Shown here in pieces: positions 47,907-56,686 of a DNA stretch of 64,000 nucleotides (positions within the stretch are counted from its first letter, which is position 1; every line of letters begins with the position of its first letter). Below the pieces are notes generated by a model. That model did no database searches. It was not told where the DNA came from and saw nothing but the letters and a program-made list of their open reading frames with translations. Origin of the DNA: Myxococcota bacterium (GTDB lineage Bacteria; Myxococcota_A; UBA796; SXON01); contig JAZKFH010000033.1 of the NCBI GenBank assembly GCA_040386535.1, forward strand, positions 1 to 64,000, in the 5' to 3' direction. Both the position numbers and the translations under genes were made by a program.

Positions 47907-48854
47907 CTACCGGCAGCTCGTGGTCGTGCTGGTGAGCGTGCACGTGTAGTCGCGGCCGGCCTCGATCTTCGCGGCGGTGGTGACGACGCCCCCCTTGGGG
48001 TGCATCCAACACTCCACGCCCGCGGGCAGACTGTGGATGGTGGCCACGCCGTTCATCACGTCGACGCGTTGGCGCGCCATTCCCGGGCAGGTCACCTCGA
48101 CCCGGTTCGGTAGCGGATCGCCGCTGAAACGGGCGGTGACCGTGCGCACCGGGGGCGGCTTGGGCGTGCGGGGGGTGAGGTCCTTCCCGCGGGGGGTCGA
48201 CGGCGCGCGGACCTCCTCCGCCACCTCGCGCGCCACTGCGGGCGCCGCGGTGTCGTCGGGGTCCGGATCGACCTGCCAGGCGGTGGCGACGGGGGTGGAC
48301 GGGGCCACGGGGAGCGGCGCAATCGGCGCGCGGGGGACGACGACGAGGGCCACCGCCGCGAGGAGCGCGGCCGCGCCCATGAGCAGGAACACCAGGAACA
48401 ACGCGGCGAGGACGCGCATCGACTGGATGCGGGCGCCCTCCGCGGGCGGCGGGGTGTTGGCGGGGGTGATGGACGGGGGCATGGCGGCGCTCGCGAAGGG
48501 AGCGGCGCGGAGCGGCTCCGGGAACGCCGGGCGGAGCTGGGCGGGCGCAGAGCTCGACCGTGAATCCCGGGAGGGACTTCCGGTCACGCTCGGAGGGGGC
48601 GCGGACGGAGGCGCAACGGGCACCCGCGCGCGGTTCGGCACCGGCACCTGGAAGAAGGCCGTCGCGTTGACATCCTCGACCGGGGCGACGACGTGCGCGA
48701 GGGGCACCATCCGCAACATGCCGGTCTCGTCGGGGCGCCGCTCGCCGACCGTGCGCGGGGCCCGGCCGCCCGGCTCGAGCCGCAGCGACGGGGGCGTGGC
48801 GTCGGGCGCGGCGGCGCGGGACGCGGACTCGCGGAGGCGATCCTCGATCTTCAT
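47907..48854 (-). CDS. Pro-rich single-pass membrane protein with a Cys-containing C-terminal domain
   Basis: Long hydrophobic segment, Pro-rich flanks, four C-terminal Cys; start uncertain. Confidence 0.55.
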   Translation of the reverse strand: MKIEDRLRESASRAAAPDATPPSLRLEPGGRAPRTVGERRPDETGMLRMVPLAHVVAPVEDVNATAFFQVPVPNRARVPVAPPSAPPPSVTGSPSRDSRSSSAPAQLRPAFPEPLRAAPFASAAMPPSITPANTPPPAEGARIQSMRVLAALFLVFLLMGAAALLAAVALVVVPRAPIAPLPVAPSTPVATAWQVDPDPDDTAAPAVAREVAEEVRAPSTPRGKDLTPRTPKPPPVRTVTARFSGDPLPNRVEVTCPGMARQRVDVMNGVATIHSLPAGVECWMHPKGGVVTTAAKIEAGRDYTCTLTSTTTSCR

Positions 48855-49032
48855 TCGGGTCGGCGACACCGTGGCTCCCTTCCCCGGGAGCGGGGCTGGC
48901 GGGCACAACGTGGGGGTCGCGGCGTTCTTACGGCGGTGCGGGGGTTTCCGCGGCGGCGGCGCTCGTGTGCGCCGCTCGCCGTGCGCCGCAGCACGGTCGG
49001 GGCCGGGCTACGGTGCGGCGATCAGAGGCCGC

Positions 49033-49563
49033 ATGCTCCTCGCCGTCCTGTTCTGCCTGGCCCACGCCGCCTCGCTCGCCGGGGTCACCCTGCCGGACAC
49101 CGCCAGCGTGGCGGGCAAGCCGCTGGTGCTCAACGGGATGGGGCTGCGCGAGAAGTACTTCGTCGACGTGTACGTGGGCGGGCTGTACCTCGGCGAGAAG
49201 ACCACCAACGGCGCGGCGGCGGTCGCGGCGGACGCGCCCAAGCGCATGGTCATGCACTTTGTCTACCGGCGCGTGTCTCGCGAGCAGATGCTCGCCTCCT
49301 TCCTGGAGGACTTCGGCAAGCAGCCCGGCGTCGCCGCGCACCAGGCCGACATCGACAAGATGCTGGCGGTCGTTCCCGACGAGGTGCTCCGCGGCGAGCA
49401 GATCGTGTTCGAGTACATCCCCGGCGTCGGCACCAGCTTGATCATCAAGGGCAAGGCGGCGGTGACCGTGCCCGGCGCCGACTTCATGCGCCTCGTGTTC
49501 GGGATCTGGCTCGGGCCGACCCCGCCGACGGCGGCGCTCAAGGCGGGGCTGCTCGGAGGGTAG
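49033..49563 (+). CDS. Chalcone isomerase-like (Chalcone_3 type) secreted protein
   Basis: LVLNGMGLREKYFVDVYVGGLYL and FGIWLG...LKAGLLG. Confidence 0.88.
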   Translation: MLLAVLFCLAHAASLAGVTLPDTASVAGKPLVLNGMGLREKYFVDVYVGGLYLGEKTTNGAAAVAADAPKRMVMHFVYRRVSREQMLASFLEDFGKQPGVAAHQADIDKMLAVVPDEVLRGEQIVFEYIPGVGTSLIIKGKAAVTVPGADFMRLVFGIWLGPTPPTAALKAGLLGG

Positions 49564-49599
49564 CGCCGGCGCCCCCTCCCTGGGGAGGGGGCGGGGCGG

Positions 49600-50080
49600 G
49601 CCCCCGTGAGTTCGGCGCGTCCTGCGCGCTGAACTCGGGGGATGGCGTCTCCATGCCTATGCACGTCGCTCGGGCGCCCATGCGTCCCAGCAGGCCGTCG
49701 CTCCCGAAGTCTCTGGAGCCCACGGCCGACTCCCCCAATCGCGCCGCCGCCGCGATTGCCCAACCGCAGGGTCATGTCCCCATGACCGCACGCGGCACGG
49801 AGTCATGCTGGGTTGAGTGCTGAGATGCACGCTGCAAGCGCTCCCCCCTGCGCAAAAAACGCTGCTTGCTCCGTAGAGGGCGGGCGGAGCGAGCCTCGAA
49901 TTGGGCGTTCATGGGGGCATGACTCCGATTTAGCGGCGTTGGAGGCGGCATGACCTCGATGCCCTCGTACTCGACGGCTGAGGGAAGCGCATAGGCATGG
50001 GCGCGCCAACCGGCGAGTTCGGCGCGTCCCGCGCGCTGAGCTTGATGGCGACTCATCCGGCGAGTTCGGCGCGTCCTGAA
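49600..50080. repeat. Composite intergenic repeat cluster
   Basis: Inverted copy of the 3117-3235 repeat, the MITE-like element, and repeated GAGTTCGGCGCGTCC motifs (near 49608, 50015, 50062). Confidence 0.75.
49768..49926. mobile_element. 159-bp MITE-like element, copy 2 (inverted relative to 748-906)
   Basis: Arms AGGGTCATGTCCCCATGA / TCATGGGGGCATGACTCC (15 of 18 paired); shared GCTAAATC flank; same length as copy 1. Confidence 0.55.
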
Positions 50081-50525
50081 GGGGGCCCGTTCGACGGGGG
50101 TTTGGTGGCCGCGATGCTGGCCACGCATTGGCCGAGTAATGCTCGACCGCGTGGTTGGCGCCGGCCCTGCGCGCATGGCCCACCCCGCCCGATGTGGGGC
50201 CCGCGAGCCGCGCTCGGCCGCCATCGTCCACACCCCCGCGCGCGAGGGAGGCGGAGGGCGCGCGGCCGGGGCCGCGCGGTTCGGCGCCGCGCGGCGCCAG
50301 CCGCGCCTGCGCCAACGGAGGCCGAAGGCCGACCCCGCAGGCCCCCGCCCCTGGCGTCCGCGCCGGGGACGCGCCCGACCGTCCATCAAACGGCGCGGCC
50401 GGGGCCGACGCGCGCAGTGGACGCGCTGGACGCCCACGGATCGCCGAGCAGGAGCGGGGTCACGCGCGCGGACGGCCAAGCTGGGCGCCGTGCGGACGCG
50501 GCGCGCCCCACTCGCTACGTCGAAC

Positions 50526-50660
50526 CTACTTCTTGCCGGCCTTGCTCACGGGCGCCGCGGGAGGGGCCTGCTTGGCGTCGTGCGCGGCCTTCTTGCCGCT
50601 CTTGTTGACCGCGTCCTGCTTCTTGGCCTTGTCACGATCTTTCGGACTCTTGTCGCCCAT
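50526..50660 (-). CDS. 44-aa Lys-rich small protein, missing from the ORF track
   Basis: MGDKSPKDRDKAKKQDAVNKSGKKAAHDAKQAPPAAPVSKAGKK*; near-exclusive AAG Lys codons; CAGGTG RBS-like sequence. Confidence 0.7.
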   Translation of the reverse strand: MGDKSPKDRDKAKKQDAVNKSGKKAAHDAKQAPPAAPVSKAGKK

Positions 50661-50800
50661 GGGTCACCTGCTGCGCGCAACGCGAGCACCGCGGGGGTTG
50701 CGGCGTTCCCGCCCGTGGAGAGGCCTGCCGAGACGCGGCGGACCTCCGGAGAGCATAAACACCTGCGAGGCCGGACCACGGCCAATTCTGTGAAGTTCTG

Positions 50801-51235
50801 CTACGCCGTGGCGGCCGCGCTCTCGATCCACTTCACCATCTGCGCGGAGGGCACCACGCCGGCCTGCTGCGACACGACCCGGCCGTTCCGCAACACGACA
50901 AAATTCGGGATGCCCTGCACGCCGTAGCGCTGGGCGACCTCGGGGTGGCTCTCCGTGTCGACCTTGACGACGACCGCGCGCCCGGCGAGCTCGGCGGCGG
51001 CCTTCTTGACCTCGGGCGCCGCCGACCGGCACGGCCCACACCACGCGGCCCAGAAGTCGACCAGGACCGGCACCCGCGCGTTCGCCACGATGTCGTCGAA
51101 TGTGGCGCGGTCGACGTCGAGCGGCTCGGACTGCGGCGGCAGCGTGGCCTTGCAGGCGCCACACTTGCCGGCGTCGGCCAGGTGGCGGGCGGGGATGCGG
51201 TTGTGGGCGCCGCAGGACGAGCAGGTGCGGTTCAT
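50801..51235 (-). CDS. trxC: Thioredoxin 2 with an N-terminal zinc ribbon
   Basis: CSSC...NRIP...CGAC and VDFWAAWCGPC. Confidence 0.92.
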   Translation of the reverse strand: MNRTCSSCGAHNRIPARHLADAGKCGACKATLPPQSEPLDVDRATFDDIVANARVPVLVDFWAAWCGPCRSAAPEVKKAAAELAGRAVVVKVDTESHPEVAQRYGVQGIPNFVVLRNGRVVSQQAGVVPSAQMVKWIESAAATA

Positions 51236-51316
51236 GGGGAGCCTGGGTTGCCCCAAAGCTCGGCGCCGAGCGGGCGAGCGTCAAGGGCCGTTAAGCTTCC
51301 GCAACCCCGAGCCACC

Positions 51317-51919
51317 ATGTTCTCCTGGTTCAGCAAGAAGCCTGTGGAGCCCGCGAGCGACGCCGCCGTGTGGATGACGAGGGCAGCACGCGAGGACGCC
51401 GTGCTGCGCCTGGTGCGCCAGAGCCCGAACCCGGTGCTCCTCGTCGCCTTCTTCGAGGCCAGCGCCTCCCGGCTCTGCGCGCGGCTCGAGGCCGAAGGGA
51501 TCCCCTTCGTCGAGGTGGGCACGGCCCTGGTGAGCTGGCACCCCAAGCCCCACGTGGTCCTCGCCGAGCGCCTCAAGAACCTCGTGGGCCGACTCCCCGA
51601 GGCCCTGGATGTGTGTGTCGTCGAGTACCACCCGCTGCCGCACCCAAACCGGGCGCTGCTCGAGGACCTCGCCTCGCGCACCCCCGCGCGCCCCATGTTC
51701 CACGCCGCCCTCGACGAGCCGATGATGCTGCGGTTCGGGGGTGCCAACATCCTCTCGATGATGGAGCGGATGGGCCAGGCTCCCAATGAGCCCATCCAGC
51801 ACGCCATGGTGACCCAGGCGATGGCGAACGCGCGCGAGAAGGTGGGGAAGAAGGTGAAGGTGCCGCGGGGAGCGGGGTCGATGGAGGAGTGGTTGGAGAG
51901 GAACCTGGGGGCGGAGTAG
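51317..51919 (+). CDS. Stand-alone SecA-related small protein (NBD2 end to helical scaffold start)
   Basis: FHAALDEPMMLRFGG...MMERMG...EPIQHAMVTQAMANAREKV resembles SecA F.LS.ED.LMR.FG...MM..LG...E.IEH..VTKAIANAQ.KV. Confidence 0.7.
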   Translation: MFSWFSKKPVEPASDAAVWMTRAAREDAVLRLVRQSPNPVLLVAFFEASASRLCARLEAEGIPFVEVGTALVSWHPKPHVVLAERLKNLVGRLPEALDVCVVEYHPLPHPNRALLEDLASRTPARPMFHAALDEPMMLRFGGANILSMMERMGQAPNEPIQHAMVTQAMANAREKVGKKVKVPRGAGSMEEWLERNLGAE

Positions 51920-51923
51920 GGGC

Positions 51924-52781
51924 CTACCAGGCCCGCTGGTCCCCGAGGACGGTTTCTCGTGTCAGGTTTACGCTGCGGTAGCCGGGGACGGTGCCACCTT
52001 CGGCGCCCACGAAGCGGAGTTGGCCCCAGCTGAGGTCCGCGGTGGAGATGACCAGGAGGTCGGCGCCGAGGGGTGTGATGCGCAGCTCGAACGCATCGGC
52101 GGGGCGCTCCTCTCCCAAGGCCATCCACTGGAGGTCTGCGGCGTGGGCGTTGGTGATGCCGTGGGTTTCGGCGTCGGCCGCGGCGTCGAGGTGGAACATC
52201 GTTGGAGGCGCTGCCCGCGCGGCGTCGCGCAATTGGGCGGGCGTTGGCAGGGGCCCGAAGTAGCTGGTGGAGGGCGGGCCCCACAGGGCGTGGGCGGCGC
52301 GTTCGGCGAAGTTGGCCGCGGCCATGTGGACGGGGGTGTAGTCGAACAGCGGGGCAACGCAGCCGCGATAGGAGATCGCGCGGCACGACAGGAGGCGCGT
52401 GTCGGGCTCGAGGTAACAACCCTCATCGGGCCCGAATTGGAATCGATAGACGACGTGTGTTTCGGCGAGATCTTCCGGTGTTCGAAGGGCGAAGAGGATG
52501 CCGAGTGCGGCGGCCAGGAGCGCGGGTTGCCCGAGGAGCACCAACGCACCGAGCAGCGCCGAGGTGCGAAAGGCCATGGTGGCGATCGTGATTGCCACGA
52601 GGACATGGGCGACACTGCCCGGCACGGACGAATACCAGGTGTCGTTGAAGCAGTGCCACGTGTGGGCGGAGACCACTACGGTCGCGAGCGCCGCCCGGCG
52701 TTGGACCGATGCGCTGGCTTTGCGGGCCCGATCGACCGCCGCAGCGAGCGGTGCGGTGAGAGGGGGATTGTCGGGGGGCAC
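51924..52781 (-). CDS. Hypothetical membrane protein
   Basis: Several hydrophobic segments; codon usage less GC-biased than neighbours; start uncertain. Confidence 0.55.
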   Translation of the reverse strand: MPPDNPPLTAPLAAAVDRARKASASVQRRAALATVVVSAHTWHCFNDTWYSSVPGSVAHVLVAITIATMAFRTSALLGALVLLGQPALLAAALGILFALRTPEDLAETHVVYRFQFGPDEGCYLEPDTRLLSCRAISYRGCVAPLFDYTPVHMAAANFAERAAHALWGPPSTSYFGPLPTPAQLRDAARAAPPTMFHLDAAADAETHGITNAHAADLQWMALGEERPADAFELRITPLGADLLVISTADLSWGQLRFVGAEGGTVPGYRSVNLTRETVLGDQRAW

Positions 52782-52909
52782 GTGTTCACGGTGACCTCCG
52801 TTGGGTCGGGGTGCAACGATGATGTGCCGAGTTTTCGGGGTTCTGACGAAGGTGGTTTCGGGTCCGCCACATGCGTGCGCGCCGGCTGATACTTCGCTAT
52901 CCTGGCCCC

Positions 52910-53962
52910 ATGCGACTCCACCTCCTCGTGACCCTCGCACTCCTGGGCTGCGCCAACGTGCCAACCGCGCCAAGCGAGACGCCCGCCGCTGTCACCGCCG
53001 AGGAGATGACGGGCCTGTGGGTCCTCCAGATTCGCCGCCAGGAGTGGCAGCCGCGCGACCTCGAGTTCGTCCTGCGCATCGAGCCCGGGGGCGACGGCAC
53101 CGCCACGCTCGACCCCGTTCTCATCGGGCGCACCACCGCGCGGCTCGTCGAGCTCGCGGCCGACGGCGACAGGATCCGCTTCTGGCTGCACTCCAGGATG
53201 GACGACCACGACTACCGGTTCGACGCCCGGCGCGACGGCGGGACGCTGGACGGAGTGGTGCGCTGGCATGACGGCAAGGTCGAGCACACCGAGCCGTTCA
53301 CCGGGCACCGCCGCGAAGTCCGGCGCTTCGACACCGAGATCGCCCGCTTCCCCGTCGAGGAGGACCCTCGAAAGGTGGGTGTCGAGCCCGTCCTGCTCGA
53401 TCGCCTCGTGCTCGGCGCCGAGGCCGCGCGATCGGACGGGCTGCTCGTGTTGGCGGACGGGCGGCTCGTCGCCGCCAGGACCTTCGGCAACGAGGACGCC
53501 CCGACGAGCGTGGGCACGCTATCAGCGGCGATCGCCGAGCTGGCAGGTGGCCAGCCCGATGTGCCGAACGGGCTGCGCCTGCGGCCCTCCGAGCTCGCCG
53601 CGCTCGGCCAGGCCCTCCTCGACGGGGGAGAGTGGATGGGCGAGCGCGCCGTCCCCGAGCGCTGGATGGAGACCCTGGCGGTGCCCGCCGCCGATGCGGC
53701 CCCCAGCCCGGGCGCAGGCTGGTCCATCCAACCCGACCCCACCGACGAGGCGCGCGCGCCCCTCGGCTTCGGCCATGTCACCGAGGCGGGCGAGGGCCTG
53801 CTGTTCTACCCCGAGGCCCGGCTGGTCGTGGTGCGGACGATGCACCGGGTCGAGAACCGGTACGATCGGCGGTACGACAGGCGCGACGAGATGGGGTGGT
53901 TGGACGAGATGGCGGAGGCGATCGCGGTGGAGAAGCTTGGACGGTTGCCTCCCGGGGAGTAG
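52910..53962 (+). CDS. Lipoprotein with a degenerate beta-lactamase/serine-hydrolase-like C-terminal domain
   Basis: LLGC lipobox; GLLVLADGRLVA, GLRLRPSELAALGQALLDGGEWMGERAVPERW, GFGH and YPEARLVVV; no SxxK. Confidence 0.7.
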   Translation: MRLHLLVTLALLGCANVPTAPSETPAAVTAEEMTGLWVLQIRRQEWQPRDLEFVLRIEPGGDGTATLDPVLIGRTTARLVELAADGDRIRFWLHSRMDDHDYRFDARRDGGTLDGVVRWHDGKVEHTEPFTGHRREVRRFDTEIARFPVEEDPRKVGVEPVLLDRLVLGAEAARSDGLLVLADGRLVAARTFGNEDAPTSVGTLSAAIAELAGGQPDVPNGLRLRPSELAALGQALLDGGEWMGERAVPERWMETLAVPAADAAPSPGAGWSIQPDPTDEARAPLGFGHVTEAGEGLLFYPEARLVVVRTMHRVENRYDRRYDRRDEMGWLDEMAEAIAVEKLGRLPPGE

Positions 53963-53965
53963 GGA

Positions 53966-54274
53966 TCAGTCGTTCACTCCGCCCGGAAAGGTGCAGGTAC
54001 CCGTGTCAACCTCACACGCGCACGCGGCCTCGTCTGCGCCGCCGTCGAGCCCCGCCTGCTCACAGGCACTCTGCGTGGACCCCATCGACTGATACCCGCT
54101 CGACGCCCAACCGTCGCAGTCCGTCGTGAAGCCGGGATACGTACCACTTGCTGGCTCACCCCCCGTCACGTAGCTGTACGTGCAGGTGATCGTGACGATG
54201 CCGACATCCTCCTCCGCGGTGTCGTGCGGAGCGTCAGCGCACGCGGAGAGGAACAGGTACATCAATCTCATCAT
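53966..54274 (-). CDS. Small Cys-rich lipoprotein
   Basis: LSAC lipobox; six further Cys. Confidence 0.6.
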   Translation of the reverse strand: MMRLMYLFLSACADAPHDTAEEDVGIVTITCTYSYVTGGEPASGTYPGFTTDCDGWASSGYQSMGSTQSACEQAGLDGGADEAACACEVDTGTCTFPGGVND

Positions 54275-54614
54275 TTTGCGGCAGCCTCTGGGGAGATCAT
54301 ACAGCCCACTTGGTCGACCCTCTGGCCTATTCCGAGCGAATTCGGCTCAAGCGGTCGAGCTCATCGAACTCGAGGGCCAGCCGGCCGTCGGCAGCGGGAA
54401 GTGCCCCGGAGGCCCCGGTGCCCGTGGTGCCGCCGAAGTAGGGCCGGTGCGGCGCCGGCACGATGCCCACGAATCGGACGAGGTGGGCGGCGAGCGCCGC
54501 CATTGTGAGAGGAGACGCTCGGGCGCACAGGCCGGCGCGTCGTGCCCGACGGGGCGAGCGAACATCTCTGGGGGTCGTTGAGGCCCGAGACGAGGCCCCA
54601 GGCTATAGATTTGG

Positions 54615-54995
54615 ATGGAACTACTGAACCAAGAAGTCTGCGAAGCATTCCTTCGCCGCTTCTACAACTTCTACGACGGTGTAGTGCGAAGCGTTCGCAT
54701 CGACTTCGAGAGCACACCATCGACGTGTTCCGTCGTGGTCGATGCCCGAGATGCAGACTCCGCGTCCGGGTGGTCGCGCATCGAGTTCGTGGTGCACGAA
54801 GTCGGAGCGTTTCGATTCGACGCTGGTCGAACCACGTTCGAGGTGCTGTCGTCGGGTATCCAGGTCGGTTGGGTGAATGGGCAGCTCCTCCTCGTGCTGG
54901 ACGCGTACCCGGATGATGTTGACTTTCCAGATTTGGCTACCAATAGGGCTCATGTGGCGGGCGCAAGCTGTTCATGGGCAGCTACGAGGCTGTAG
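54615..54995 (+). CDS. Small hypothetical protein, possibly an orphan immunity protein
   Basis: 126-aa ORF in a lower-GC patch; NFYDGVVRSVRI resembles F-x-D motif immunity families. Confidence 0.55.
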   Translation: MELLNQEVCEAFLRRFYNFYDGVVRSVRIDFESTPSTCSVVVDARDADSASGWSRIEFVVHEVGAFRFDAGRTTFEVLSSGIQVGWVNGQLLLVLDAYPDDVDFPDLATNRAHVAGASCSWAATRL

Positions 54996-55061
54996 GTCGG
55001 CAAGCGCACGCTCCATGCGCGGGTGCGGAACAGCGGGCGTACTTTCCATGAAGCACGCCGA

Positions 55062-55799
55062 TCAGGGAGTTGCGGCGTTCGGGGTCTGCGCAGGCAGCTC
55101 CTCCGCGGGGACGTCCAATATGGGTGGCGACCCCTCGGAGTTTCGAAGCATCGCGCACGGCAGCGCGGGCCATCCGATGAGTTCGGGGACGATCTCCGTG
55201 GACGGGCGGCCGTCGTCGAGCCACGTGGCCCGCATCTTCACGAACCAAGTATCGGCTGTCCACACGACGACGAGGGTGCCGAATGCGCGCGTAATCCCAT
55301 CAAGCGAAGGCACGCCCAGTTGCCGGGCAATCTCGGGCTGCATCGCGTCGGGGATGAGCGGCGCGAGCGGTTTCTGCTGAACACCGCCGAGCAGGAACCC
55401 CGGCCCGCCGAACACTCCGGCGAGCTGCCCCTGCTCCGCCCATGCGACGTCCGTCACATAACTCCCCGCTGCCCGCGCCTCGGCCTCCGTCAGGGTCATG
55501 CCCTCGGGTGGCGGACTGTACTGTGGGTACACGTACATTGTGACTATCGTCCCATGGTCGTCCTCGTAGATCCAGGAGATGTCAAGCCCGCCCGGGTTTT
55601 CGTAATGCCGGGTGCCGCCGAAGAGCCAGCCGTCTGGCGCCGTGGTGGGGAAGCAAGTGTCGGCACCGGGGTGACGCCCCCACGGCGTAGCCGATCCGGC
55701 GGGGAACGAGATTTGGTGCGTACTGGCAATTACCGCGGCCGGTGCGACGGGCCGCGGGCATGCGACGAGGAGGAAGACGAGCAGGGGTAGGCGCAACAT
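55062..55799 (-). CDS. Hypothetical lipoprotein
   Basis: LVAC lipobox; TACTCT-N7-ATG upstream; lower GC. Confidence 0.65.
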   Translation of the reverse strand: MLRLPLLVFLLVACPRPVAPAAVIASTHQISFPAGSATPWGRHPGADTCFPTTAPDGWLFGGTRHYENPGGLDISWIYEDDHGTIVTMYVYPQYSPPPEGMTLTEAEARAAGSYVTDVAWAEQGQLAGVFGGPGFLLGGVQQKPLAPLIPDAMQPEIARQLGVPSLDGITRAFGTLVVVWTADTWFVKMRATWLDDGRPSTEIVPELIGWPALPCAMLRNSEGSPPILDVPAEELPAQTPNAATP

Positions 55800-55925
55800 C
55801 ACGTCCAGAGTAGCACACCTGCGTTCCGGCTTGTTATACGCTTCGGCAAAATGGGCGACCGAGGCTGCGCACTGGCAGGGACCGCCCCGATGCCACCCAA
55901 ATTCCCAACCAACACCCCCTCCCCC

Positions 55926-56312
55926 TCACCCCCCAAACACCGCCACAACCCCAAAACACCCCACCAGCACCACCGTGACCGGCGTCATCCCATACCGCTC
56001 GGCCGCGCTCTTCGACGCCAGATTGCCAAGTGTATTGAGCGCGAAGAGCCCCGTGAACACCCAGGTAGCCGCCCGCACCCACACAGAGTCCACACCCACC
56101 AGTCCGGCCCGCGCGAGGACGACCCACGCCGCGCCACCCAACACCACCGCCGAAAGCACACTCCCCACCCGCAACCGTGTAGGCAGCACGCGATGCGCCC
56201 CGCCCCACGCCGCACGCCCGAACGGAAGCCCCGCCGCGAGGAGCAACTGGAAGACCATCACCAGCGCGAGCACGACACTGGCAACGATGGCCGCGATGTG
56301 AGGAAGGGACAT
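55926..56312 (-). CDS. Four-TM membrane protein of unknown function
   Basis: FQLLLAAGLPFGRAAWGG...LNTLGNLASKS..ER pattern. Confidence 0.75.
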   Translation of the reverse strand: MSLPHIAAIVASVVLALVMVFQLLLAAGLPFGRAAWGGAHRVLPTRLRVGSVLSAVVLGGAAWVVLARAGLVGVDSVWVRAATWVFTGLFALNTLGNLASKSAAERYGMTPVTVVLVGCFGVVAVFGG

Positions 56313-56686
56313 GAGCCTCCGCGCGCGTGAGTAACCGGTAGCAGGGCTCTCGAACGTGGGGCGCGCCAGGCGCCTGGAGGGGCGGCGCGCGCTCGGGCGC
56401 GCCGAGTCCCGGCCGCGCGCTCGGGCGCGGACGGACCAAGGCGCTCCGCGCCGCGCCCGCAAGGGGCCGACATCGAGCGTGCCCGTCAATCCCTCCCGTC
56501 GCCCGCTCGCGTCTGCTGGGCGCGGCCGCACGTCTTCCTCGGTCACAGGTCTCGACCTGCTCCCTCGTCAGCCGCACAGCCGCGCCTCAGCAGCCACTTC
56601 GCGCGCTCGGTCCGGGAATGACGGGCACGCTCTGCGCCGCGTCCGCGCGGCGCCGGGGCGCCCACCGTAGTAGCCTCCGCCTGCGC

